64,000 nucleotides of DNA from positions 7,121,607 to 7,185,606 of the forward strand of contig NW_002060945.1 in assembly GCF_000150275.1 (NCBI RefSeq). Direction: 5' to 3'. This DNA comes from Trichoplax adhaerens (Eukaryota; Animalia; Placozoa). The notes below the pieces were generated by a model that ran no database searches, was not told where the DNA came from, and saw only the letters and a list, made by a program, of their open reading frames with translations. The translations under genes were made by a program, and so were the position numbers. Below, piece after piece: positions 14,779 through 27,996 of this stretch (position 1 is the first letter of the stretch; each line of letters begins with the position of its first letter).

Positions 14779-15779
14779 ATCACAATGGATATGATGGCAT
14801 TGAGACAGAATGTGACTGTCAGTATTGGAAGCATTAGGTAAATTTCTTCGTAACAATTCATTTTAAAAGACGTTGATTTTTAAAATATAACATTTATTAT
14901 TTCTTTAATTAGATATCCTAATGTTCAGACTAAAATAATCAAATTTTAAATCAGTTTTCATGGTTGATTAATTTTTATTTATCGAACAATAATTTGCCGA
15001 AAACATACAATTTAAAATTTAATATTTTATAATATGGTATATAATAATAAATATATATTTTACAATCACCAATAATTTACAATTAAATTCGCTGGATTTT
15101 TAAGTCAGACATGAAAACAATAAATTATTTAAATTAATTTAAAATAGAAAATATCAGTAACCATAAGTAATTACTATAACATCTCATTGAAACATATATT
15201 GTATATTTTATTGTCCTTAGATTGACAGACTGTTGTTTTATGGATAAATCTGATAATCTAGCCAAATATGACTCAAGCAAATCAAATTGCAGGTTAGTTA
15301 ATTAATATGCTATTATATCATACGCGATTACAGATGAAATGAGATAAAAGGCGACGACTATTTTGTGTATAGATTTTTCTAGAATTTGATTACCCAGTTC
15401 TCTAATTCACTCAAAAATAAATAAGGATTAAATGGTTAAATAATTTAATTTTACTGTTAAATGAGGTTAAAACTCTTATAATTACAGTAGTATAAAATAA
15501 ATATTAATATCATTTGAATTCTTGCTCCATCGCCTAGAATAAGATGATTATTAATTAATTATATATCTTTTTCTGAACATATCGATCGCTATCAAATTAA
15601 AATCGCTTAGTATGGCACCGCTGATCCAAGGGAAATTAATAATTACTGATTCGGTTATTAATGTAACTAAAGTTCGACAAATATGGGAAAATATGATCAA
15701 TAATCAGCAGCTGCCGCCTGATTTAGCTTTGTGTCCACTCGGTTTTAACGGATTGTTTCTGACATCGTCATACCTAATT
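14779..15779 (+). CDS. Probable ectodomain exons of the downstream adhesion-type GPCR (14779-14837, 15221-15292, 15611-15779)
   Basis: Three AG..GT-bounded open segments whose phases (2,2,0) splice in frame: ITMDMMALRQNVTVSIGSIR-LTDCCFMDKSDNLAKYDSSKSNCS-MAPLIQGK...TSSYLI, with N-glycosylation sequons NVT. No domain recognised. Confidence 0.4.
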
Positions 15780-16772
15780 GTAAGTTCTTCTGTCTGTCTT
15801 TTGTTATTCTAGCAAAATGATAATAATATGATTAACTGTTACTGTGATTCTATATGTCTTTATATTGATACCAGCATCACAGAGGGAGAGATAATAATAA
15901 CTGTGCATTATGCAATAAAACAGGATGTGACATTTTTCTGCACTTCCAGTTACGGAAATTAATTCCCTTTTTGTGAACAGACAAATATGACATACATAGC
16001 ATGAATTCTTATAGTGAAATTTAAACAATTAGCAACATTTTCTCTCTTTACCGCTATATAGGGGAGTGTAAATATCATTTCATAATTACTCCTATTAATA
16101 TAATAATAAGTTATTTCAAATAAAATCTCTATTGCGTCGTAATGTAGGACTAGACCCTAACTAATTTACACATGTATTCTTTGGTAGTTAAGTAAATACG
16201 TAAAATCATATAGGCCATCACATTATTGATAATATAATACTTAAAGATGTATAGCATTATTTAATATTTAGGGACACAAAATATAATATAATACGGATTT
16301 CTTTGAATATGTGATATACGGTTACTAATATCTGGCCACTGACCATAGACAATGTGGAAACACCGTTAGTATCATCATTGAATCAGTGGACAACTGTACT
16401 TTATTATAGGTTTAGTGAATATTTCACCTACAAGAATCAACTCAGCTAAAAAATTACTAAAAGTTTTGTTTTTATTATAAAAGATTAGAATTAACGCGTA
16501 ATCTTTTATAGTACTGTGTCACGTTCTGTAATAGTTACATAATTAGTATGTTACCTTCTTTCTATGTATGGTTAAATATCACGATGTTATCACGTCAGGC
16601 GTATATAGATGTAGTTATGGTACTATATTAAGGTTATCTATATATGTATTCTCATGTTGCCATACTTGGCATGATAGTCTATTTGTAATGACTAAGCTAG
16701 GGAAACCTTTCTGTTAGTGATGATCTTGTGATCTACGTCAGTAGATCAAAGGTCACAATAAAGAAAGTAATA

Positions 16773-16822
16773 NNNNNNNNNNNNNNNNNNNNNNNNNNNN
16801 NNNNNNNNNNNNNNNNNNNNNN
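16773..16822. other. Assembly gap (50 N)
   Basis: run of n. Confidence 1.
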
Positions 16823-17251
16823 GTAGTCATTTTGTAAATACTGTTAATTATTTTTGTGCACTAAGTAGAAAGTTTAAAGGTAAATTACCTTATATTAGTT
16901 CTCTTGGCTCCGGAAAGTATATTTTATATAATTAAATTTCCTTGAAATATTGTTATTGTGACAAAATACTATGAGCGATCCTTCAAGGAGGCTCCAAAAT
17001 GAAATAAGAATTATAGCACTGTTGCTTTAAATAGCTAAGATTATTCTGTTTCCGTATAATGTGTATGTATATTTGTTACAGTACGACTATATAGGTATAA
17101 TCAAATTTTATTTGAATTTATCGAGCATTGAAATCGATACTATAATCTAATTATCTAAAAGATTTTAAGTATTAAAATATTAGATTTACTAGTTATCTTA
17201 GGTACACTAATTCACGAAAATCTAATCGCTTTTTACATTGCATTTTAATAG

Positions 17252-19066
17252 AATATAACAAAGACTCTAAAAGATTTTAATATCGTAAGCAGTTGCATCG
17301 AAGAAAATGGATCACATTCTGGTAGTATCAATACGCCCTCTCATGGGAATGGTGGTGGTAATCATAACTTAATGGCTATTTTCGCCTTCTACAGCATGTT
17401 AGGGAAGCTATCGTTAGGGCTTCGCGTTATTTCAATAGCTAGCTTATTATTGACAGTAACGACATTACTGTCTTTCAGGTATTAACTGCGTAATTGAGAT
17501 TATTTCATCTTGACTTTAATATAATAATCATGCGATATATCTACAGTCAAGGCTAATATGCTCAATTCTGTCATTAAGATATAGAATTTTGCTCACGAAT
17601 GCATTTGTTACAATAATTTAACAGTATTTGCTAATTAATCCGTTTTATTTCACAACATAGGAAACTACGTGAGCGGCAAAGTAACATTATTATATCCTTA
17701 TTGTCATTTAATAAAATCTGCAGATATGTATTTAAAATAATAAAAGTATACGTTCCTGGTTCAATTATCGTTTGTAAAATTGTAATGGCAGTGGATCACT
17801 ACTTTAGTATGTCAACAGTTTTATGGATGACTATATTGGCTATTCGATTATATTATGAACTAATTGGAGTTTACTCAGCAATTCATCGGATGTCTTTATC
17901 AACTGAAAAAGTGATATTTATTGCTGGCAGTTTTGCATGGGGTAAGACGAAATGAAAAATAGTAATTAGCCACTGGTACCTTAAAATTAACTGCTCAAGA
18001 TAATAAGATTGATTATGCGATATACAACGAAGAATTTATTAGACGATTTGCAACTTGTATTCTTTTACAATAGATTATAATTAATATCATCTTAGTTGAG
18101 TAATTTTAATATTGTTACTAACACTAAATCGGGTACCGATAATGTTATATGATTCGTAACATCCTACCATAATTAATTATCGAATATCTTATAGGTGTTC
18201 CACTAATTGTAATCACTGTTGGGTTGCTGTTAAATTCTGGTCAGTACGGAATGATGTATCATAGAAGGTAAGAATTTAGTTTGAAGAAATTCATATATTC
18301 GAAGGGGATATTTTAGTAACTTGTATATGCTTTAGAGATTAAATAATTAACTTCGGGTTTTTAGTTGCATATAAACAAATTGATTCTGTAATTACTTTGA
18401 TCATTAGTTCTGTTATGTTGTCGCTAATTGAGGTCACTGTTTCAACTCAAATTTACCAATATTGTTTTATAAAAGATAATTTGAATAATCGGTATATTCG
18501 TATACGTACGTGTAATTACGCGTACTTCAATACAAACAAATAGTATATTTAATTCTAGATGATTTCATTATAAATCTAGTTGTGCAACGCATTCTAAATG
18601 GATTACGGCAACCTACGTTTATCCCATGTTCGTGTTGGTGGGCATCAACGTTCTCATTTTCATTACGATTTGTTTCAAAGTCTGGAAATTGTCAAAAGAG
18701 CGAAATATACCCATGACGTTCTCTCGCTTTTATTCTATAATTGGATTGATGTCTTTATTTGGGTTGACATGGCTGGTTGGCATATTGGCCTTCTTTGATA
18801 CCAGTCTTTGGCGTAATTTATCGCATCTTCTATTCGCTATTCTGGCTGGTTCCCAGGGATTTCTGATATTTGTCTTTTATTGTGTGGTTAAAAGAGAAGT
18901 TCGTAATTGCTGGGCTAAAACATTTTTCAAACAAATTGATAAAAATACCTTTACAATGTCAAATAGATCGGGCACTGATACAAATCTTCAATCTTTGAGC
19001 TCAAAATCTAAGCTTAGCAAAAATAATGCCGTCCATCCCTCACCTAATGGTCATTTTACATTTTAG
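17252..19066 (+). CDS. Adhesion-class (family B2-like) GPCR, 7TM-encoding exons 17252-17478, 17661-17941, 18195-18267, 18580-19066; 5' part unresolved
   Basis: Exons splice in frame. Motifs: ISIASLLLTVTTLLSFRKLR (TM1/ICL1), CKIVMAVDHYFSMSTVLWM (TM3), AWGVPLIV (TM4), LFGLTWLVG (TM6), LFAILAGSQGFLIFVFYCV..REVR..W (TM7/H8), typical of secretin/adhesion 7TM domains. Confidence 0.8.
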
Positions 19067-20335
19067 ATGAATGGAATTTGACAATCATAGATTAATTACC
19101 AGTAATAAGGTTCGGCTGTTCCTTGGTATATTGTATGTACCAATGATGGAGTGTTAATGTGATTTTTGAACTAAAGAGCCAATATGGTACATACCGACCG
19201 TAGTTTAGGTGGTAATATGATCATTCTGTAAATTGTTACTAAAGATACTCTAAAATTAATCATAACAATAATAGCTGTGTATACACGCATTTATTCTTCA
19301 AATGTAAATTTTAATGATCTTTTAATTAAAATCATAGATTTCAGTTTCTCTAAATAACTATCATTCGTCCTTCATATAGCTAAAAATAGTTATGCGAGTA
19401 CTGTGCTATCATTTCCTGTTGGCATGGTTTACCGTAAGATATGATTAAGATGCGATTAAACTAAATCACGATGATAATTAACCGTAAGATACTATACAAT
19501 GTACGTGTATATATATATAGTATACAATATGCATAGATAGGTTACTTACCATTTGCAAATACCGTACTAATAAGTCGATGATATTAATATCGAATGCTAT
19601 AAAACGCTTGTTAACCTACCTCTAATAAAACAAACCAATAAACCGTATAGATTAAGCGAATTTGCGCTTTGATGGAAAAGTATTTTATTAGTAGACCGAT
19701 TGATCAATCATTTAGCGCAGCCAAACAATATTTGTGCCCCTGTAAATACACTATTAGTTTATATTCTATACTAGACTATAACCTTTAGGATTAAAAGACA
19801 TAAATATAAAATAAAACGTAATTAGAGAAAATCAATCATTTTACTATAGGAAACGGTACGATGTATCAATTAAAAGCAACAACAGCAATTATTAAAAAAT
19901 CAATTTTCAGGATAACCCTTAGGATATCAGCCATCATATCAAAAATAAATAATAATGATTTCAATGTACAGAATAAACTATCCGGTAAGTCTGAAATTTA
20001 TAATTACACTCGAATAATAGATTCAATATGGTTAAATTGAAGGACATTTTATTCAGTAACATGGCTGAAACAAATAAATAAAAATGAGTATCTAGCATGT
20101 TACTATGGATAATATAATGTATCGTTGATTATATAATAATCGTATGCATGAAGATATAATTAAAGATAATTCAGTTTATAGATGTTATAAAATATATAAC
20201 AGGGATTAGCTAAAATCAACCTATTGCGCTATCTAAATTGAATGCAGTAGTAGTCTGATAAAAAATCTCACTTTTAAGAAAAGAAAATGTTATGTTGCCC
20301 ATCTGTTGAACTAAGTAAAGTGCTTCACTGTATCA

Positions 20336-20797
20336 CTAATATGATTGGATGATATCATGCCATCTTTGATAGACTTCTTCTCTTGATAATTTCCACAACA
20401 TCGTTATTGCTTGATAATAATTAGGGACCCTATCAATAACGTAACTATTGCTAGAATCAAGGGTATAGACATATTCAGACAGTACTATTAGCTGAAATAA
20501 TCGCGCTAATATTACATCATAAAGGAGATTAAATTCTTTAGGATTTAAATGGACAACAGAAAGGTAACCGGCTAATAAATGCCCACTATTAGCTATTGCA
20601 TCGGTTGTTGTTTCAGCCATAACATGAGCTATTGCAATTGCCAATTCTATTATCAAATAGCTGTAGTGAAAATCTCCAAAATCAATTACTCCTATTCCTT
20701 GGTGTGATGATCCCACTTGGCTAACACTAGTACTTTTGGATGATGATGTTGATACTATTACATTGCCAGGATTAACGTCGCCATGAATAAAGCATTC
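20336..20797 (-). CDS. Duplicate 3' fragment of HYKK truncated by the gap (probably allelic)
   Basis: CFIHGDVNPGN...IDFGD...WHDIIQSY*; differs from 22528-22988 by 2 aa. Confidence 0.75.
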   Translation of the reverse strand, partial: ECFIHGDVNPGNVIVSTSSSKSTSVSQVGSSHQGIGVIDFGDFHYSYLIIELAIAIAHVMAETTTDAIANSGHLLAGYLSVVHLNPKEFNLLYDVILARLFQLIVLSEYVYTLDSSNSYVIDRVPNYYQAITMLWKLSREEVYQRWHDIIQSY

Positions 20798-20847
20798 NNN
20801 NNNNNNNNNNNNNNNNNNNNNNNNNNNNNNNNNNNNNNNNNNNNNNN
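20798..20847. other. Assembly gap (50 N)
   Basis: run of n. Confidence 1.
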
Positions 20848-21253
20848 TCATTACGATTTGTTTCAAGTCTGGAAATTGTCAAAAGAGCGAAATATGCCCA
20901 TGACGTTCTCTCGCTTTTATTCTATAATTGGATTGATGTCTTTATTTGGGTTGACATGGCTGGTTGGTATATTGGCCTTCTTTGATACCAGTCTTTGGCG
21001 TGATTTATCGCATCTTCTATTCGCTATTCTGGCTGGTTCCCAGGGATTTCTTATATTTATCTTTTATTGTGTGGCTAAAAGAGAAGTTCGTAATTGCTGG
21101 GCTAAAACATTTTTCAAAAAAATTGATAAAAATGTATTCACAATGTCAAATAGATCGGGCACTGATACAAATCTTCAATCTTTGAGCTCAAAATCTAAGC
21201 TTAGCAAAAATAATGCCGTCCATCCCTCACCTAATGGTCATTTTACATTTTAG
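20848..21253 (+). CDS. Duplicate 3' fragment of the adhesion GPCR last exon (probably allelic)
   Basis: Same TM6-TM7-tail as 18660-19066, with 6 aa differences. Confidence 0.7.
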
Positions 21254-22527
21254 ATGAATGTAATTTGACAATCATAGATTAATTACCAGTAATAAGGTCC
21301 GGCTGTTCCTTGGTATGTTGTATGTACCAATGATGGAGTGTTAATGTGATTTTGAACTAAAGAGCGAATATGGTGCATACCGACCGTAGTTTAGGTGGTA
21401 ATATGATCATTCTATAAATTGTTACTAAAGATACTCTAAAATTAATCATAACAATAATAGCTGTGTATATACACGCATTTATTCTTCAAATGTAAATTTT
21501 AATGATCTTTTAAATTAAAATCATAGATTTCAGTTTTCCTAAATACTATCATTCGTCCTTCATGTAGCTAAAAATAGTTATGCGAGCACTGTGCTATCAT
21601 TTCCTGTTGGCATGGTTTACCGTAAGATATGATTAAGATGCGATTAAACTAAATCACGATGATAATTAACCGTAAGATACTATACAATGTACGTGTATAT
21701 ATATATATATATATATAGTATACAATATGCATAGATAGGTTACCATTTGCAAATATCATACTAATAAGTCGATGATATTAATATCGAATGCTATAAAACA
21801 CTTGTTAACCTACCTCAAATAAAACAAATCAATAAACCGTATAGATTAAGCGAATTTGCGCTTTGATGGAAAAGTATTTTATTAGTAGACCGATTGATCA
21901 ATCATTTAGCGCAGCTAAACAATATTTGTGCCCCTGTAAATACACTATTAGTTTATAATCTATACTAGACTATAATCTTTAGGATTAAAAGACATAAATA
22001 TAGAATTGAACGTAATTAGAGAAAATCAATCATTTTACTATAGGAAACGGTACAATGTATCAATTAAAAGCAACAACAACAATTATTAATTGTCAATTTT
22101 CAGGACAACCCTTAGGATATCAGCCATCGTATCAAAAATAAATAATAATGATTTCAATGTACAGAATAAACTATCCGGTAAGTCTAAAATTTATAGTTAC
22201 ACTCGAATAATAGCTTCAATATGGTCAAATTGAAGGACATTTTATTCAGTATCATGGCTGAAACAAAGAAATAAAAATGAGTATCTAGCATGTTACTATG
22301 GATAATATAATCTATCGTTGATTATATAATAATCGTATGCATGAAGATGTAATTAAACATAATTCAGTTTATAGATGTTATAAAATACATAACAGTGATT
22401 AGCTAAAATCAACCTATTGCTCTATCTAAATTGAATGCAGTAGTAGTCTGATAAAAATCTCACTTTTAAGAAAAGAAAATATTATGTTGCCCATCTATTG
22501 AACTAAGTAAAGTGCTTCACTGTATCA

Positions 22528-23848
22528 CTAATATGATTGGATGATATCATGCCATCTTTGATAGACTTCTTCTCTTGATAATTTCCACAACATCGTTATT
22601 GCTTGATAATAATTAGGGACCCTATCAATAACGTAACTATTGCTAGGATCAAGGGTATAGACATATTCAGACAGTACCATTAGCTGAAATAATCGCGCTA
22701 ATATTACATCATAAAGGAGATTAAATTCTTTAGGATTTAAATGGACAACAGAAAGGTAACCGGCTAATAAATGCCCACTGTTAGCTATTGCATCGGTTGT
22801 TGTTTCAGCCATAACATGAGCTATTGCAATTGCCAATTCTATTATCAAATAGCTGTAGTGAAAGTCTCCAAAATCAATTACTCCTATTCCTTGATGTGAT
22901 GATCCCACTTGGCTAACACTAGTACTTTTGGATGATGATGTTGATACTATTACATTGCCAGGATTAACGTCGCCATGAATAAAGCATGTCTTCAATTGAG
23001 GCAATATCTGTTGCATGGCTATTTTACAGGATTGGAATATCTCAGTGAGGATGTCCTTTTTTGATGCCATGTGGATATATTGGAGATAGCGATCTAAGGT
23101 AGCAAAGTTATCATGTAGTGACCAATCTCCAGTAAAAAACTTGCGCTGATGACTTTGAAATTTCTACGAAAACAAAAGAGAGTACACGTCTCTTAATTAG
23201 TAAGCTCGTCGACATCGATTGCTAGTTTTTTTATCTACACCTACCAATGACTACCGTAGTAGATCAATAAGATTTCTAAACTATTAACCGAAAATGATAC
23301 CATATTTTAATGATTGGGCAACATTTTGATCAAGTTGCTCCCTTTGCTAAAAGCCACGATTGACTTACGAGAAGTTGTTTGTCCATGGTTGCGATTGCTT
23401 GGCCTAATTGGTACATCAGCGTATTATCAAATTTAGGCTCCATATCACGTAATAAGATACCTTGTAAATATTCTACTATAAATACGATATGATCATTGTG
23501 AACGGTGTTTTCAGCGCTATCAGAAGATGAAAATGTCACCATATCCATATAACTGCCATTGGTCAGTAGAACTGGTTTTGAGCATTGGATTCCTGATTGG
23601 CTAAGAAATTGGCAAGCTAAGACTTTACATTCAATGGCATCTTTGATCTGATTACTTTGCAGATTTAAGATTTTGAGGACAAATTGATCATTGCAATCAT
23701 TCTCTTTGTTGTTGATTTTAATATGATAATTGCAATCCTCGAAACTTTCCAGTTGACGGACACCAATGATGGTTTCAATGGCAACGCCAAGAAGGCGTGA
23801 AGCGGTTTGACGGACTTGTATTTTAGTTACTTTTGGACGCCCTGACAT
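22528..23848 (-). CDS. HYKK: Hydroxylysine kinase / AGPHD1-like (APH/choline-kinase fold), 2 exons 23848-23369 and 23163-22528, ~371 aa
   Basis: QLESFEDCNYHI, FVLKILN, EYLQG, YQLGQAIATMD, Brenner motif IHGDVNPGN, IDFGD, ELAIAIAH, LLAGYLSV..L...E. Phase-0 GT-AG intron. Confidence 0.88.
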
Positions 23849-25618
23849 CGACGTTGACCGTTGGCTTTTCACCGCCAAAGAGTGGAATTTCGACCGATAA
23901 TTAATTGATGAATACAATTACTGTGCTCGTCTCTACGCATATAAATAAATAGAATGATAAGACAATTTTGAATGAGAAAGCAGTTCCACTTGAAGTGGAG
24001 AGTGGAAACTCCATATCCATCATTTATGACATTATTGTAATCATTATTCGTGGAGAAAAAAGAAAAATAATATTATCTGCTGGAAAGGTACAGACTGGCG
24101 TACCCACCCTTGGAAAGATCCCGCACCAATCTTGAATCAGTGCCTTTATTGTTCCAGGATCAGCTGCGTTAACGTTAACTACAAGATAGCCAGCAGTAAA
24201 TATTAACTTGAAGTGTGAATGCAGTTGATGCAAGTTCTAGCGGCTATAGGTACAGCGGTTTAACACAGGTTCAAATGACCAGTCAAAAGTCGGCCCCCCC
24301 CCCTCATTTCTACTTATAGGATACTGTACTGTAAAAGTCTCTCCAATTTGAAGTGTCACCCCCAGTCCGGTATGGTCAAAAAAACTCCGACCCCTGTACC
24401 ACATGGGTACAGTGTACAGTGTACAGTATAAATAAACTGGGGCCAATTTATCGCAGTGTAAGGTACTCTAATACTGTAGCTTAAGATGGTTCGGAGATGC
24501 ATTGCTGGCCCCCCAGTGGATACACGGAAACTCCGGCTTTCTTCATAGAATACGACTACAACAGCTAGAGTAATACTGCATATTAATGATCATAAGATCA
24601 AATTACCAATTACATCTGGCATAGTTGATTTGGTTTTTCATCAATGTGATCATTTCGCCATCATTCAAGTTATTGGTTTATAGTGATGGTCTGATTTACA
24701 GTAAAGTAATGACACAATCCGTAAACAACCATGTGGATATCACGCTAAATAGGATACGCCGTGTACGTCGTCAAAGCTCATCGATTGGCAGGACTCGAGC
24801 TAAGCAGTAAAATTAATTAATTATCGTAAGTGATTTGTCAAGACAAATCGACTGTCGTGCTCTGTACATCAGCAGAATGCAAACCATGACAAATTGCCAA
24901 GTGTAACCTCATCCACCTTTTAATGACATTCAATGAGGATAGCAAATTTTGTTCTTATCATGCCCAACGATACTGTACAGGGTCGTGTATAACATTATCT
25001 TGATCTTTCCATGATAACATGAGCTGCACATCATGTTGATCGATCTTTTAATATCAATACTATCATTACTTTGATGATCAAACTCTTTGAATATTCATAC
25101 AATCACAATTATACAATTAGAATAACCTACGTGTAAAATCATCTTTATTTACATGTACACCAAGTTATCAGCGTTAACTCAACATTAGCATTCTGCCATT
25201 CTATCTATTTAAAAAGATTTCAATTGAACGGTATTAATCGATTGATGTACCTACAGTACTGCACATTGTTGAATAGCACAGAAATGGTATAGCAGTCACC
25301 TTTTCCTTTACTTTGTCATCTGCCAACGATTCTATCGTTGCTGTTCAATATCGTAGGGATTACAATACTACCTTGTTGATGTAATAATAATAATAATAAT
25401 TAATTAGCAATTCATTGACTTGGAACTATCTATAGCTACTTTATTTGTATGGTGGTTGACACTCTTTGCCACATATGATTAGACGGTAATTAAAAGGAGA
25501 CCGGTAGATTGGTTATTCACCGCCAAGCGTTGGTACAGTCGTCTTCTACTCTACGTCCGTAGAAGATTGCAATCAGTAGCTAAGGTAAAAACGGATTAAA
25601 ATAGTAATAAGAAGAAAA

Positions 25619-27996
25619 ATGAGTGAACGAAAACTTTGGCAAATAGCACGCAAGTGCCCACAAGGTGCTAAACAATTTATACAGAATTTACCAATTTCTT
25701 ATCGAGCAAACTTTGAAAAATCAACGGTACGGTGCCATCCGTTACAGATCACCGCTGCGTTACATGAGTATTCCGATATATTATCAATACTAGTCAAGCA
25801 TTATAAATTGGACTTGGAAGAAGAATGTGATATCTTCATTAAGAAAGAGAAAGTACAAGGTGCTACTGCGTTGTGGATAGCTTGCCTTCGATCTCACTTT
25901 CCAAGTATTAAGATATTAATTCAGAATGGAGCTCAGGTACAATATGGCTCTTACGCGTATGCGTTATGCGTGATTCTTTTTACATTTAATTTCAATAAGA
26001 AGATGACAGACGTTGAATTAAATTAATCAACATTTAAAGTGTAAATCTTGGCTTGTGCTGTAAATAATTATAAGTACAATGGAAAATTCTCTTTCCTATG
26101 ATACTGTATTATACAGTACTGTAGTGATAACAGATATTCCTTTTGTAGCTATCTCACTACTTACAATCATACTGTAGTGCTTCTTAATGCTACCATACTT
26201 CAATTACTACTGTAATTAGATGAAACTACTACATATACGTTTATTCCAAAGTCATCATTAGGTCTATTGCAAATGAATAATTGACAATAAGAGTTTCATT
26301 TTATTGCTAGTCTGCAGTTGCAGTACTCCTATGAAACTTTGATAATGTCTTATGGATAATATAGCTAGGTGTAGTTTGGCAGTATTTATTAATGAATCGA
26401 GAAATTGAAGTATTCCTTATTATATTTCTACAGATCAATCACGCCACAAGACATCTCTCAACACCTTTACGGGTTGCCTGCTCAGCCGGTAATCGCGATA
26501 TCGTCCGGTATTTAATTGATCATGGAGCCGATCCTTCGATCGCAACGGTTAAGAATGATACCTGCTTGATGACTGCTTGTAGGCAAGGATATCGCAAGAT
26601 TGCCACAATGTTATTGAAGCGCGGTGTCAATGTCAATGCTCAAACTGTGAGTGGTAAGACTGCTTTGCATGAGTGTGCTACTTCTGGAAGTATCAGAATC
26701 TGTAAATTATTATTAAAGTACGGCGCTATTCCCGTCCCCAATCATTTTAATACCACACCATTGATGCATGGTGCATTATCTGGCCATAGCCTATTTGTCA
26801 AATGGTATATAACGCGTCGCAAATGTTTACTATCGGATAAATGTAAGGCTCTAATTTTGTTAGGTTGTACCGCTGCCGATAAATTACATGATCTAGCTCA
26901 AGCATTACATTGCTGGCGGACGGCTTTGACGATGTGGCAAGATACTAAAGATCAACAACGTTCAGTTTCTAATTTAATTTCAACCAGTAAACCCCTGCCT
27001 GCATATGACTACATAACTATCATTCGCGGTGCTGCTGATATTGATAGACTATCTATCAATCCTGATCATATTAGGATGCAAAGCTTAGCCTTGCGTGAGT
27101 GTATCATAGGTGATGGTCACCCAAGTACGCAGTATTATATACGAGTGCGTGGAGCAATGTACGGTGATTCTGAACAATTACTGCGTTGTTGGTCATTATG
27201 GCTGTATGCTCTTGATTTGCAACAACAATATATGCCTATTGCTGATCCAGCTATTGAGAAGTCTTTCGTTTCATTCCTTACTTTATTTCAGCGACTCATT
27301 ATAAATGGGACGAGCTTTCCTATTCATATTTTAATTGCTGTTTGTCGCAGAATATTGCAAGAAATTAGTCTCATTTCAATATGCCTACAGAGGGATAATC
27401 CAAACAAATTAAAAGCATTATCACGGCCTCCTATTAGTGATAACTTTTCTGTAGATCGTTTTATGAGTATTTGCTTGCATTTAATTCGTTGTTGGCTGGA
27501 TATACAAAGTGAGGTGAACTCAGAACGTGATAAATTTACTGCGGCGTTATTAAATATTGATATCGTTACCTACGATAATAAGCAAACTTTTCTTCACCTT
27601 GTTGTATCAGCTGATCCTATGGCTTTACAATATAATCTTCGCGAATTTCCTTGCCTCTACCTGGTGGAATATTTGATTGCTCATTGTAATGCCGAGGTCA
27701 ACGTTTTAGATTGTAACAAAAATTCACCGTTACATCTATCCTGTTCTACAGCGCATCTGTATCCGGTTAACTTTGATATCATATCTTTGTTATTAAAGTA
27801 TGGTTCTCATTTCGATATTCGAAACTCTTCAGGCTACACAGCCTATGACAAAATTGTGGATATCAACGTCAAGCGATTGCTGAGAAAGCAATGTTTACCA
27901 TCTCTTCTTTGCTTGACTTCGTCTGCTATTGTAAAGAATAATGTTAATTACAAAAATCTTCCCTCATCATTAACGTCTTTCATCGGTATGCATTAA
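25619..27996 (+). CDS. FEM1: FEM-1 homolog (FEM1A/C-like) ankyrin/TPR CRL2 substrate adaptor, exons 25619-25936 and 26434-27996, ~626 aa
   Basis: VQGATALWIAC, STPLRVAC, TCLMTAC, GKTALHECA, RMQSLALRECIIG, YYIRVRGAMYGDS, LWLYALDLQQ, and C-terminal BC/VHL box PSLLCLTSSAI...LPSSLTSFIGMH. Confidence 0.92.

Larger units (their letters stand above)
18660..22988. repeat. ~2.19 kb direct duplication (18660-20797 vs 20848-22988) flanking a gap; probable unmerged haplotypes
   Basis: Near-identical copies with scattered SNPs, small indels and different (AT)n lengths. Both copies abut the N gap exactly. Confidence 0.9.

Noticed and set aside
18559-18562. In-frame TGA near the ECL2 cysteine of the adhesion GPCR (possible nonsense codon or selenocysteine)
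   Set aside because: A second AG acceptor at 18578-18579 skips it and gives S-C-A-T-H in frame with normal Cys-to-TM5 spacing
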